64,000 bases of DNA from an uncultured Planctomycetaceae bacterium (GTDB taxonomy: Bacteria > Planctomycetota > Planctomycetia > Isosphaerales > Isosphaeraceae), in the NCBI GenBank assembly GCA_963833985.1, contig CAWIAD010000002.1, positions 1,472,001 to 1,536,000 of the forward strand, in the 5' to 3' direction. The notes under the pieces were generated by a model that saw nothing but the letters and a program-made list of their open reading frames with translations, did no database searches and had not been told where the DNA came from. Position 1 is the first letter of the stretch. Every line of letters starts with the position of its first letter. The position numbers were made by a program, and so were the translations under genes. Positions 21,428-33,544 of this stretch are shown here, piece by piece.

Positions 21428-21488
21428 CGCTGGCTCTCTTCCCATGCCCTCGATTGTCCCAGCCCGGGCATCGGCGGGCCAGGCCGTG

Positions 21489-21519
21489 TTGCGCAATCTT
21501 GATCTTTTTTTGCGCGATC
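21489..21519 (+). promoter_or_regulatory. Putative XylR/AraC-type operator
   Basis: Direct repeat TTGCGCAATC (21489) and TTGCGCGATC (21510), 21 bp apart, in the xylR-galT intergenic region. Confidence 0.5.
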
Positions 21520-21603
21520 GCGAGCTGGCACCAGCAGCCCATCCGATATACCCTGGTGCGTGTCGTGCGGGTGAATCCAAATTCTGTGAAAGTCGGTGCG
21601 ATC

Positions 21604-22642
<1,039 letters not shown>

Positions 22643-22650
<8 letters not shown>

Positions 22651-24127
22651 AAGCGAACGCGACGCGACCGATCCGAGGACTTCGTCGAGAGCCGAGGGAC
22701 TGGACCTGGAGGAATTCCTGGCCCGGATTCGCCGGACCGATGACGCCAGGCTCGGCGCCGGCAGCCCCCTGTTCGTGCCCGGAGTGCCGCTGGTCGTCGC
22801 CCGTGCACCCGGCAGGCTCGACGTGATGGGCGGCATCGCGGACTACTCCGGCTCGCTGGTCCTCCAGTGGCCCATCCGCGAGGCCACTCTCCTGGCCGTG
22901 CAGGCCGTCTCGCAACCCGGCCTCCAGCTCCTCAGCCTGCCCGCCGAGAGCGGCCATTCGCCGCGCTCCTTCGAGCTTGACGGGCCCTCGCTGCGCCACC
23001 TTCTGGAGGGACCCTACGAGGAAGCGCAACGCTGGTTCGCACGCGACCCGGCTCTGCACTGGGCCTCGTACGTGCTGGGCGTGCTCATGGTGCTCGAGCA
23101 TGAGTGCGGCATGGCGTTCGATTGCGGATTGCGGTTCCTGGTGGAATCGCGGGTCCCGGAAGGCAAGGGAGTGAGCTCCTCCGCGGCGCTCGAGGTGGCA
23201 GCCATGCAGGCGGTCACGGGCCTGGTGGGAACCAGGCTCGACGGCGCCGAACTGGCCCGGCTCTGCCAGATGGCGGAGAACTTCGTGGTCGGGGCCCCGT
23301 GCGGCATCATGGACCAGATGACCTCCGCCCTGGGAGAGCCCGGCGCACTGCTGTCGCTGCTTTGCCAGCCGGCGCAGGTGCGGGGGTTCGTGCCGGTCCC
23401 TTCAGCGATCCGGTTCTGGGGGATCGACTCGGGCATTCGCCACGCGGTCACGGGGAGCGATTACACGTCGGTGCGCACCGGCGCGTTCATGGGCTACCGG
23501 CTGATCGCCGACCGGGCCGGGCTGAAGATCACCAGGCGATCCGATGACGGTGTCCTGCAAATCGAAGATCCGCGCTGGTCGGGATATCTCGCCAATCTCT
23601 CGCCCGCGGAGTTCGACAGCGACTTCGCGCCCCATCTGCCCCGCGAGATGAAGGGTGAGGAGTTCCTCGCGCGCTATGAAGGTACGACCGACGTGGTCAC
23701 GCGGGTGGATCCCCGGCAGTCCTACGCGGTCCTGCAACCCACGGCTCATCCCGTTCGTGAACACGCGCGGGTTGTCCGGTTCGCGGAGCTGCTCGACTCG
23801 GCGGCGGAAGAGGAGGCGCTCGCGGAGATGGGCGCGCTCATGTACGCCTCGCACGCCAGCTACTCCGACTGCGGGCTGGGCTCCGACGGCACGGACCTGC
23901 TCGTGAAACTGGTCCGTGAGGCCGGGCCGGCAGCGGGGCTGTACGGCGCCAAGATCACCGGTGGTGGCAGCGGAGGCACCGTCGCGGTTCTGGGCAAGGC
24001 CAGCGCGGAATCCGCGGTGAGCCAGATTGTGCGCCGCTACCAGGAGGCGACCGGACGCAGCCCCTGCCTGTTCGCGGGCTCGTCGCCGGGCGCCTGCCGG
24101 TTCGACGTCAGACGCGTCGGGTTTTGA
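22643..24127 (+). CDS. GHMP sugar-1-kinase, L-arabinokinase (plant ARA1)-like rather than canonical GalK
   Basis: [71 protein letters not shown]. Overlaps the galT stop. Confidence 0.85.
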
Positions 24128-25683
24128 GACCAGATCAGAGAATACCCACACTCCTACCTGAGGGGCCGGACGTGGCAGACCCACTCAACTTATCGATGTT
24201 CCGGGCGTACGACATCCGCACGCCCGCCTCGCAACTGACTCCGGAGCTTGCCGCACGCCTGGCGCGTGCCGAGGCCTTTTACATCCGCGAGGTGCTGGGA
24301 GCACCCGGCGTCCTGGTGGCGCACGATGCGCGGCGGACGGGGCCGCAATACCTCAGCATCACCATCGACGAACTCCGTGCCGCGGGCCTGGAAGTCGTGT
24401 ACCTGCCCGGCGCCTGCTCGACGTCCTACTTCTACTACGCGGCGATGTGTCATCCGCGGCTCGCGGCGATCATGGTCGGCGCGTCGCACAACCCATCCGG
24501 CGACACGGGACAGAAGATCCTTGGTCCCGACGTGCTGCCGATCGCCCAGGGGATCGGGCCGGAAGGCGGACTGGACCGCGTGAAGGCTCTGTACGCCGAG
24601 GGACGTTTCATCTCGGGGAGTGCCAGGGGCCGCCTGCGGGCCGAGGAACTGATGGATGGCTTCGTGAGCGACAGTCTCAGCCTGGCGGGCGTCGCTCCGG
24701 GCTCGCTGCGTGGAGCGCGGGTTTTTCAGGACTACCTCTTCGGCGCCTCGGGACGCGAGATGATGCTGGCCTTCGAGCGGGCGGGCGCCGCACTGGAGCC
24801 CATGCACTACGCGGCCGACGGGTCGTTTCCGCTGGGCGACCCGAACCCGGTCAAGCAGGCGGTGATCCGTCCTGGCCTCGAAGCCCTGCGCTCGGGGCGC
24901 TACACGATGGGCATGTTCTTCGATGGCGACGGCGACCGGATCGACATTTACCGGGGCGATGGAACGTACGTGTCGTCGAGCTTCGTGTACGCGGCCATCT
25001 TGCCGGAGATCCGCAAACGGTTCTCCGGCCCGGGTCTCGGCGTGTTCGCGGACCTGAAGTCCAATCCGCTGGCCATCATCGAGATGGCCCGGACCGGGGT
25101 GACGGTGGATGTCATCCGCAACGGCCACTCGCAGATCAAGGAAAGCCTGCGCAGCGATGCCAGCCGGTTCGGCGCGGTCGAGGAATCGGCCCATTACTAC
25201 GAGGCGTTCGCGCACGGCGGGGAAGGGCGGTACTGTACCGAGAACACGCTCTACCTCGCGCTGCTGATCGCCAGGGTCTGGAACGACGATCCCGGGCGGT
25301 TCGATCGGCTCATCGACATCCAGGCGACCACCGCGCGGCAGCGCGAGTGGGGCTACAAGTTTCCCAGCGACGAAGCGCGGGCCAGGGCCCTCGATGCCGT
25401 CCGGCTGCGTTTCGAGGGCCTGGGCGCCACGGCGCTCGAGCGGATGAAAAACGGCATGGACCTGGAGGCCACGCTGCTGCGCCGGGGGCTGCCGTTCGAC
25501 GTCACCGCGGAGACCAGGCTGGCCGCGGACTGGTTCCAGGTCAGCCAGCGCGTCTCGCAGAGCGAGAACGGCCTGGCACGCTGGGAGGTGGTCGGGGCCG
25601 CGCCCGAGCTCGTGCTCCAGGCCAAGCGCGACATCGCGGAGTGCGTCCGCCCGTTCGGTGCGGGCGAGGAATACCAGGGATAA
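24124..25683 (+). CDS. Divergent alpha-D-phosphohexomutase-superfamily enzyme
   Basis: MFRAYDIR, ASHNP phosphoserine motif, FDGDGDR metal loop, VEESAH. Coupled to the kinase stop. Confidence 0.8.
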   Translation: MRPDQRIPTLLPEGPDVADPLNLSMFRAYDIRTPASQLTPELAARLARAEAFYIREVLGAPGVLVAHDARRTGPQYLSITIDELRAAGLEVVYLPGACSTSYFYYAAMCHPRLAAIMVGASHNPSGDTGQKILGPDVLPIAQGIGPEGGLDRVKALYAEGRFISGSARGRLRAEELMDGFVSDSLSLAGVAPGSLRGARVFQDYLFGASGREMMLAFERAGAALEPMHYAADGSFPLGDPNPVKQAVIRPGLEALRSGRYTMGMFFDGDGDRIDIYRGDGTYVSSSFVYAAILPEIRKRFSGPGLGVFADLKSNPLAIIEMARTGVTVDVIRNGHSQIKESLRSDASRFGAVEESAHYYEAFAHGGEGRYCTENTLYLALLIARVWNDDPGRFDRLIDIQATTARQREWGYKFPSDEARARALDAVRLRFEGLGATALERMKNGMDLEATLLRRGLPFDVTAETRLAADWFQVSQRVSQSENGLARWEVVGAAPELVLQAKRDIAECVRPFGAGEEYQG

Positions 25684-25700
25684 GCGGCTTGTGAAGTGAG

Positions 25701-26705
25701 GTGAGGATCATGAATGTACTCGTGACGGGTGGTGCCGGTTATGTCGGCTCGCACGCGGCCAGGCTGCTGGCGGCCGAAGGGCATGAGATCTGGGTGTACG
25801 ACAACCTGGTCTTCGGCCACCGCGGAGCGGTGGCGCCGGGGCGGCTCATCGAGGGGGACCTGCTCGACCAGGGAAAGGTGGAGGCGGTCCTGAGCGAGAA
25901 GCGCATCGACGCGGTGATGCATTTCGCCGCCTTCGCCTACGTCGGTGAGTCGGTGACCGACCCGGCGAAATACTACCGGAATAACGTCGTGGGCACGCTC
26001 TCCTTGCTCGAGGCCATGCGAGCGCGGGGCGTTTCGCGGATCGTCTTCTCGAGCACCTGCGCCACCTACGGAGAGCCGGAAGAGGTCCCCATTCGCGAGA
26101 GCCAGCCCCAGCGGCCGATCAACCCCTACGGCTTCACCAAGCTGGTCATCGAGCGTGCCCTGGCGGATTATGCGCACGCCTATGGCTGGGGGTACGCCGC
26201 CCTCCGCTACTTCAATGCATCGGGCGCTTCGGCCGATGGCGAGCTCGGCGAGGACCATGATCCCGAGACCCACCTGATTCCGCTGATCCTCCAGGTGGCG
26301 CTGGGTCAGCGCGAGCACATCACGGTCTTCGGCGACAAGCTGCCAACGCCCGATGGCACGTGTATCCGCGATTACATCCACGTCGATGACCTCGCCGCGG
26401 CGCACCTGGCCGCGCTCTTGCGCCTGGAGCGGGGCGTCGAGCTCAAGGTGAACCTGGGAACCGGGCGCGGCTCGAGCGTCCGCGAAGTGATCGATGCCTG
26501 CCGCAAGCTGACGGGACGGCCGATCGCCGAGCGGATCTCCGGTCCCCGCGCCGGCGACCCACCTGCGCTGGTGGCCGACGCCAGCCTGGCGCACCGCGAG
26601 CTGGGCTGGGAGGCCCGATACACCGAGATCGTCCCGATCATCGAGACCGCCTGGAGATGGCACCAGGCTCATCCGCACGGCTATGATGGGGCCTCCGGAG
26701 CCTGA
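25701..26705 (+). CDS. galE: UDP-sugar 4-epimerase (GalE family)
   Basis: TGGAGYVGS, HFAAFAYVGES, FSSTCATYG, YGFTK, RYFNASG, GEDHDPETHLIP, DGTCIRDYIHV. Confidence 0.92.
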   Translation: MRIMNVLVTGGAGYVGSHAARLLAAEGHEIWVYDNLVFGHRGAVAPGRLIEGDLLDQGKVEAVLSEKRIDAVMHFAAFAYVGESVTDPAKYYRNNVVGTLSLLEAMRARGVSRIVFSSTCATYGEPEEVPIRESQPQRPINPYGFTKLVIERALADYAHAYGWGYAALRYFNASGASADGELGEDHDPETHLIPLILQVALGQREHITVFGDKLPTPDGTCIRDYIHVDDLAAAHLAALLRLERGVELKVNLGTGRGSSVREVIDACRKLTGRPIAERISGPRAGDPPALVADASLAHRELGWEARYTEIVPIIETAWRWHQAHPHGYDGASGA

Positions 26706-26850
26706 AGTGCGGTTTTCTGGCGGGTTGCAGGCAGTACCTGAGTATCGGAGAGGGGGGGGCAGACATTCCTGTCTGCCGACATCCCTGTCCGCCAGGGCAG
26801 GCCTGCTCCGGCAGGGAGGAATGCCTGCCCCCCAGGTGAAAACCGCCCTG
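26706..26850 (+). repeat. About 140-bp REP-containing MITE-like element, copy 1
   Basis: Terminal inverted repeats GCGGTTTTC...GAAAACCGC; internal palindrome GGCAGACATTCCTGTCTGCC with an inverted partner GGAATGCCTGCCCC. Confidence 0.8.
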
Positions 26851-26903
26851 GCTCCCATACCCATACCCAGCCACGACGATCTGTGCGACCGGGGAGATTC
26901 AAC

Positions 26904-28655
26904 ATGAGAACCGTCACGCGTGCCGCGCTGGCTTTGCTGGTGTGCGCGTTCCTGCCTCCCGCCCTCAGGGCCGACGACGATTCCACCGCACCCGCCCGGG
27001 AATCGAAATCCGAGAAGGACGCCCGCATGAAGTGGTGGCGGGAGGCCCGGTTCGGGCTGTTCATCCACTGGGGCATCTACTCGGTTCCCGCCGGGTCCTG
27101 GAACGGCAAGCCGGTGGACGGCATCGGCGAGTGGATCATGCACAACGGCCGCATCCCTGTTGCCGACTACGCGCGGTTCGCCGCGAGGTTCAACCCGGTG
27201 AAGTTTGATGCCGAGCAGTGGGTGCTCACGGCGAAAAATGCCGGCATGAAGTATATCGTCATCACCTCAAAACATCATGACGGATTTGCGATGTTCGCCT
27301 CCAGGGCGAGCACCTACAACATTGTCGACGCCACACCGTTCCACCGCGACCCGCTCAAGGAGCTGGCTGCGGCCTGCCTCAAGCACGGCGTCAAGCTGGG
27401 CTTTTATTACTCGCAGGCCCAGGACTGGCACCACCCCGGCGGCGCCACGTTCGACGGCCACTGGGACAAGGCCCAGGACGGCAGCATGGACGACTACTTG
27501 AAGAAGATCGCCCTGCCGCAGGTTCGCGAGATCCTCTCGAACTACGGGCCGATTGCCGTGCTCTGGTGGGATACCCCGGCGCAGATGACGCGCAACCGCG
27601 CCGCGCAGTTCCTACCGCTGCTGGCCTTGCAGCCGGGCATCATCACCAACAACCGTCTGGGCGGCGGATTCCCGGGCGACACGGAAACGCCCGAGCAATT
27701 CATCCCGCCGACCGGGTTCCCCGGCCGCGACTGGGAAACCTGCATGACGATGAATGACACCTGGGGCTTCAAGTCGAACGACCACAACTGGAAGCCGGCC
27801 GAGATGCTGATCCGTAACCTGGTCGACATCGCCAGCAAGGGCGGCAACTACTTGCTGAACGTGGGGCCGACCTCCGAAGGCGAGATTCCCCAGCCCAGCG
27901 TCGAACGGCTCGCCGCCATCGGCCGCTGGTTGAAGGTCAATGGCGAGGCGATCCACGGCACTTCCGCCAGCCCGTTCAAACGGCTGGCGTGGGGACGATG
28001 CACAGTGCGGCCCGGAAAGCTTTATCTGCACGTCTTCGACTGGCCCGCCGACGGCCGGCTGGTCGTGCCCATGAGCGGCAAGGTCACTGCTGCGTCTCTT
28101 CTGAGCCAGCCGGAGAAGCCGCTCGACGTCACGTCCACGGACGAGGCCGTTGTGATCACGGTTCCCACAAGCCCGCCGGACCCGGTCGCCAGCGTGATCG
28201 TCGCGAGCGTCACGGGCGAGGTCCGCCCGGTCCAGACCGCGCTGGCGCAGGACAAGCAGGGAGCCTTGCGGCTCCTGGCCGACGACGCCGAGATCCACGG
28301 CGCCACGGCGCGAGTGGAGGGAGAGCACCACCGCAACATCGGCTTCTGGACGGACGCTTCGGACAGCGTGAGCTGGGAAGCCAGGATCAGCCGCCCGGGG
28401 ACGTTTCAGGTCGAGGTCGTGCAGGCGTGTCCCGCCGACTCGGCCGGCACCGCGTATACCCTGAGCGCCGGCGGCCAGACGCTCTCGTGCACCGTCGCCC
28501 CGACCGGTGGCTGGCAAGACTACAAGACCGTTGTGCCGGGCCGGCTCAGTTTCGACCATCCGTGCCACGTGACCGTGACGCTGGCCCCCGGCACGCTCAA
28601 GGGCTATGCCGTCATGAACCTGCGTGCCGTGAGCCTGAAACCCGTCACGCCCTGA
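26904..28655 (+). CDS. Secreted GH29 alpha-L-fucosidase with C-terminal CBM-like domain
   Basis: Signal peptide, WWREARFGLFIHWG, KHHDGF, LWWD, NNRLG, WETCMTMNDTWGF, SKGGNYLLNVGP; C-terminal NIGFW...TGGWQDY. Confidence 0.92.
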   Translation: MRTVTRAALALLVCAFLPPALRADDDSTAPARESKSEKDARMKWWREARFGLFIHWGIYSVPAGSWNGKPVDGIGEWIMHNGRIPVADYARFAARFNPVKFDAEQWVLTAKNAGMKYIVITSKHHDGFAMFASRASTYNIVDATPFHRDPLKELAAACLKHGVKLGFYYSQAQDWHHPGGATFDGHWDKAQDGSMDDYLKKIALPQVREILSNYGPIAVLWWDTPAQMTRNRAAQFLPLLALQPGIITNNRLGGGFPGDTETPEQFIPPTGFPGRDWETCMTMNDTWGFKSNDHNWKPAEMLIRNLVDIASKGGNYLLNVGPTSEGEIPQPSVERLAAIGRWLKVNGEAIHGTSASPFKRLAWGRCTVRPGKLYLHVFDWPADGRLVVPMSGKVTAASLLSQPEKPLDVTSTDEAVVITVPTSPPDPVASVIVASVTGEVRPVQTALAQDKQGALRLLADDAEIHGATARVEGEHHRNIGFWTDASDSVSWEARISRPGTFQVEVVQACPADSAGTAYTLSAGGQTLSCTVAPTGGWQDYKTVVPGRLSFDHPCHVTVTLAPGTLKGYAVMNLRAVSLKPVTP

Positions 28656-28795
28656 ACCGCCCACCCAGCTCCATTCCCCTCCTGGATGTGGCCGGCACGA
28701 CCGGTGGTCTGACCGGCCGCCCTTTTTCGTTGCGCGCCGATGAGCGAACGATCGCCGCGGCGCCGGGCGCGCTCATGAATGGTTCTTCATTGTGG

Positions 28796-28812
28796 CTGGC
28801 ACGATGATTGCT
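28796..28812 (+). promoter_or_regulatory. Sigma54 (-24/-12) promoter
   Basis: CTGGCACGATGATTGCT matches YTGGCACGRNNNTTGCW exactly, 73 bp upstream of the DUF1328 gene. Confidence 0.75.
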
Positions 28813-28885
28813 AACTTTTCCTGCATGCCTCGTGTGTGAGGCCTGGTTTTCTGACGACTTCTGGAAGCGATCAGGGAGCCGGTCC

Positions 28886-29065
28886 ATGAACCTCCTGTGG
28901 TGGGCGTTGATGTCTTTCCTGGTGGCGGCCGTCGGCGGGCTCCTGGGCTTCACGAACGTGGCGTCGGGTGCGTCCAAGGTGGGCCGTGTGCTCTTTGGCA
29001 CCTTCGCACTGATCACCGTCGTGATCGTCTTGCTTGCCGTCATCGGATTCGGGGTGGTCGCCTAG
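28886..29065 (+). CDS. DUF1328-family small membrane protein
   Basis: MNLLWWALMSFLVAAVGGLLGFTNVASGASKVGRVLF; GGGAG RBS. Confidence 0.85.
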   Translation: MNLLWWALMSFLVAAVGGLLGFTNVASGASKVGRVLFGTFALITVVIVLLAVIGFGVVA

Positions 29066-29103
29066 ACCGGGCAACGGGTGCACGACGCCGGAAAGCGGAG
29101 CCG

Positions 29104-30326
29104 ATGACGGGCGATTCCATGACGGTCAGTGAAGGTGAGCACTCGGTTGGTGCAGCGCTCGACGCTCACACCACGATATTGCGATGGATCGCCGGACTGC
29201 TGACGGCCGGGGCTGCCTGGCTGCTGGCGCCGATCCTGGTGCCTTTCGTGCTGGCGCTTGCCCTGGCCATTGCCCTCTCGCCGCTGACGGTGCGGCTGGA
29301 ACGCATGGGGCTAGGGCGTACCGGTTCAAGCCTGGCTTGCCTGGTGCTGCTGACCGCGGTGCTTCTGCTCACCGCGGGCCTGGTGGGCTATCAGGCCGGG
29401 ACGATCTTGCAGCAATCGGATCGTTACATCGACCGTGTCAGCCACCTGTTTGCCACCGTGACCAGGGTCACCGGGGGAGAGCGGTTGCTTGCTTCCCTGG
29501 GGGCGATCCGGCCGTCGGAAGAGGCGCCCGGCCCCCAGGGCGCCAGCCCGGCCGGGCCGGACGATGACCAGGCGGCTGCGCCGCGGGACAGGCGCAGGAG
29601 GATCTTGCGAACTCGGCCCCGAAGCGTGATCCGGTGGGGTTCTGGAACCGATTCCTGAAGACGAACCTGAGGCTCCTGAGCGGCTGGCTGCTCACCGGGA
29701 TCGGCGGGGTGGTCGGCCTGATCGGTTCCGCGGTGATCTGCCTCTCGTTCCTCTTTTACCTGCTCCAGACGCGCTCGGAGCTGATTGACCGGTTATGGCG
29801 CGTGCTTCTGTTCCTGGGCATGCAGCCGCGCCGCGCCAGCCTGGACCGGGTGCAGAGTACGATCACGGTCTACGGCGGCTTCGTGGTGATGGTGTCGGTC
29901 TGCGGATCGCTGGTCACCGGGACCGCGGCGTGGCTGATCGGTTTGCCGCAACCGTTCCTCTGGGGCCTGCTCTTCGGGCTGCTCGAGTTCGTGCCGTATT
30001 TTGGTCCGTTGATCGGCGGCACTCTGCTGACCTTGGTTTCGCTGACGGCGGGCGAGGGCGGCTGGTGGCAAGCACTCGCGATGCTGGGAGTCATCGTGGC
30101 CTGGCTCACCGTGGAGGGATACGTGATCGCGCCGATGGTCTACGGCCGGGCCGTTCAGTTTGATCCGGTGATGGTGCTGGCGGCAATTCTCTTCTTCGGC
30201 TGGCTCTGGGGACCTTTGGGGATGGTCACGGCGCTGCCGGTCATGGTCTTGCTGCGCGAGCTCGCCACGATTTCGCCCGAGACGCCGGCCATGGAGGCCC
30301 TGATGGCACCGCAGCAGAACGAGTGA
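29104..30326 (+). CDS. AI-2E family transporter; frameshifted near 29590-29640
   Basis: LVPFVLALALAIALSPL, LLEFVPYFGPLIG, EGYVIAPMVYG, WLWGPLGMVTALP. Confidence 0.82.
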
Positions 30327-30384
30327 GCCGGCCCGCTCCCTGATTCTGGAAAGCAGGCGGACCGCCAGCTCATGGAGTTCACGC

Positions 30385-32182
30385 ATGGCTTTGCGGATCG
30401 AAGATTATGCCCTGATCGGCGACTGTCAAACCGCGGGCCTCGTGGGCCGGGACGGATCGATCGACTGGCTTTGCCTGCCTCGTTTTGATTCCGGAGCGTG
30501 TTTCGCCGCGCTCCTGGGCGGCCCCGGGCATGGCCGATGGCAGATCGCCCCGGCCGGCGCGGTGCGGCGGGTGCGCCGCAGCTACCGCCCCGGCACGCTG
30601 GTCCTGGAAACGGTCTTCGAAACCGAGGACGGCGAGGTAGCCCTCATCGACTTCATGCCCCCGCGTGCCCGGGTGCCGGACCTGATCCGCGTGGTCGAAG
30701 GCCGTCGCGGCCGCGTGCCCATGCACCTGGAGCTGGTGATCCGTTTCGATTACGGCTCCATCGTCCCCTGGGTGAGGCGCCAGGAACGGGGGCTCTCCGC
30801 GGTCGCGGGTCCAGACCGCATTCGCCTGCGGACCGAAGTGCCTCTCAGTGGTGTGGACTACAAGACCGTCGCGGACTTCACCGTGGCGGAAGGTCAACGC
30901 GAGCTCTTCGAGATGCTCTGGCATCCCGCACACGAGCCCGAACCTCCGCAATTCGACGCGCTGCGCGCGCTGGAGGAAACCGAGGGATGGTGGCGCGAGT
31001 GGTCGGCACGCTGCCCGGATGAGGGCGAGTGGACCGACGCGGTCTGCCGGTCGCTGATCACGCTCAAGGCGCTCGACCTACGCGCCGACCGGCGGCCTCG
31101 TGGCGGCCGCGACCACATCGCTTCCGGAAAAACCAGGCGGCGTGCGGAACTGGGACTATCGCTTTTGCTGGCTGCGCGACGCCACGTTCACGCTCATGAC
31201 CCTGTTGCACGCCGGCTACGTGGACGAGGCCCGCTCGTGGCGGGAATGGCTGATCCGCGCCGTGGCCGGAGAGCCATCAAAGATCCAGATCATGTACGGC
31301 CTGGCCGGGGAACGAAGGCTCACCGAGATGGAGATCCCCTGGCTGCCGGGCTACCAGGGCTCCAGCCCCGTGCGCGTGGGCAACGCCGCTTCGGAGCAGT
31401 ATCAACTCGATGTCTACGGCGAGGTCCTGGACGCCCTGCACCAGGGGATCCGGCATGGACTGGAACCGAACGAGGACAGCCGGCGCGTGGCTTCGGGACT
31501 GCTCAGCTTCCTGGAATCGAGCTGGGAAGAGCCTGACGAGGGCATCTGGGAAGTGCGCAGTCAGCGAAGGCAGTTCACCCATTCAAAGATGATGGCCTGG
31601 GTCGCCTTCGACCGGGCAGTAAGGATCGTCGAGCGGCTCAAGGTTGACGCACCTCTCGAACGCTGGCGCGGAGTGCGGGACGAGATCCACGCCCAGGTGT
31701 GCCGCGAGGGTTTTGACCCCGAGCTCGGGGCGTTCGTGCAGTACTACGGCTCCAGGCGACTGGATGCCAGCCTGCTCATGATGCCCCTGGTGGGGTTCTT
31801 GCCAGCCAGCGATCAGCGCGTCCGCGGGACGATCGAGGCCATCGAGCGCGAGCTGCTTACCGGTGGATTCGTACACAGGTATGAACCGGCCCCCGAGGTC
31901 GACGGCTTACCACCCGGTGAGGGCGTCTTTCTCCTCTGCACGTTCTGGCTGGCCGACTGCCTTCACCTGATCGGCCGGGAGGCGGACGCCCGGCGCATCT
32001 TCGAAGGCCTGCTGGCGATTCGCAACGACGTCGGCCTGCTCTCCGAGATGTACGACCCCACGGAGCATTGTCTCCTGGGCAATTTTCCCCAGGCGTTCTC
32101 GCACGTCGGCCTGGTGACCACGGCCCTGCAACTGCGGCGTGGCGTGGCCGGGCCCTCGTCCGTGCGTGGTCAGGGGGGCTGA
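30385..32182 (+). CDS. GH15 glucoamylase/trehalase-like protein; frameshift near 31078
   Basis: IEDYALIGDCQTAGLV...DWLCLPRFDS, TTSLPE..GGVRNWDYRFCWLRDA, DEGIWEVR, GNFPQAFSH. Confidence 0.92.
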
Positions 32183-32222
32183 AGCAGCGGTCCTGGCGCG
32201 CCCTGCCGGGGAGCATTGGCTT

Positions 32223-32239
32223 CGGGCATGCGAATTGCC
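32223..32239 (+). promoter_or_regulatory. Sigma54-like promoter
   Basis: CGGGCATGCGAATTGCC (GG-N10-GC with TTGC), about 80 bp upstream of the ecsC-like gene. Confidence 0.5.
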
Positions 32240-32318
32240 TTCTCTGCCCACTCGCGTCAGCCAGCTTTTATCGGTGCCCTGCGTTCCTGTTCAACCACGC
32301 TTGTCCCAAGAGGCGTCC

Positions 32319-33335
32319 ATGGCTCCAAACATCGAGAAAGCGGCAGACCGGCTCACGGATTATGAGCAGGCCCAGGTTGAGAAGATCGCTTCGTGGAAAG
32401 CTTCGCACCCGAACCCGTTCGGAGAGCTGTTCCACATCGCCTCGCGTCCCCTGGCAAAACTGATCGAGGTGATCCTTCCCGATGTGGTCGCGCTTCGCGC
32501 CATCGAGGCCGCGTATGCGATGGGCGAGCGCGCCGCCACGCGTGCGGATCTCAAGGCGCTGGCCGGAGTGAGCGATCTGGCCGAATTGCGGCACAAGCCG
32601 ATGGAAGTCTGCGACACGCTGTCGCGTACGGTGGGCACGCAGGGACAAGCCCTCGCAACCATCGAGGGAGGCCTGACTGGCGCGGGGGGCGTCTGGACCA
32701 CCTTGCTGGACGTGCCCTTGCTGTACACCGTCTGCATCGCGACCATCATGAAGACAGGACGCTGCTACGGTTATCCGCTTGACCGGCCGACGGACAAAGC
32801 CTGGGTGCTGGGTGCCCTGGCCGTGGCGCTTTCCGGCACCCGGGAGAAGCGTGCGGACCTGATGGGACAGCTCAGGGAAATCGAGGATCTGCTCCTGGAA
32901 GACATTCAGCAAGACGTCGTGATCCAGGAGACCGCCTCACTGCTGACGCAGGTCGAGATCTTTGAAGACGCGCCGATCGTCGGAATCGCGGGAGGCGCGC
33001 TGTTAAATCTCTGGGTCGCCCACCGTGCTGATCTGACGGCGCGCGACCTGTTCCAGGAGCGCTGGCTGCGGGATCAGGGGAAGATCGACACCATCGAGCC
33101 AGCGCCGGACGCCTACTCCGTGCAAGGAATGAACGGCCTCGGCGGCGCGCTGGCCCGAGCGGGGAGGAGCAGTGTCTACGGTCTGAGCTTCGCGGCCGCA
33201 CTGCCGGTCTGCCTCCTCGTCAGCCTTCTGACTCCGGTTGGCTCCGGCATCCGCAGACAGACCTCCTCGGTTTTTCATCAGCTCAACGGAAAGCTGGACT
33301 GGCGGTTCCCGGTTCCCGCAGTCGAGTCCTCATGA
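32319..33335 (+). CDS. EcsC-family protein
   Basis: LATIEGGLTGAGG...LLDVPLL...GRCYGY, PIVGIAGGALLN, FQERWL. Confidence 0.75.
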   Translation: MAPNIEKAADRLTDYEQAQVEKIASWKASHPNPFGELFHIASRPLAKLIEVILPDVVALRAIEAAYAMGERAATRADLKALAGVSDLAELRHKPMEVCDTLSRTVGTQGQALATIEGGLTGAGGVWTTLLDVPLLYTVCIATIMKTGRCYGYPLDRPTDKAWVLGALAVALSGTREKRADLMGQLREIEDLLLEDIQQDVVIQETASLLTQVEIFEDAPIVGIAGGALLNLWVAHRADLTARDLFQERWLRDQGKIDTIEPAPDAYSVQGMNGLGGALARAGRSSVYGLSFAAALPVCLLVSLLTPVGSGIRRQTSSVFHQLNGKLDWRFPVPAVESS

Positions 33336-33544
33336 CCGATCGGCGTCTGTCGCCACTCTCCCTGGCGTCACGTCGATCCCCCGTGATTTTGCTCACTTTT
33401 CCCGGACTCGCCGACTTCCGCCTTGAGTCCGGGGCCGCACGACCCCCATGATGACAGGGACGGCGCCTTGCGGGCCCGTGCGCCGGCGGTGCCGTCGTCG
33501 CAGCGGAAAGAGCAAACGTAGGGGTCGCCGGAGGATCCATCAGA

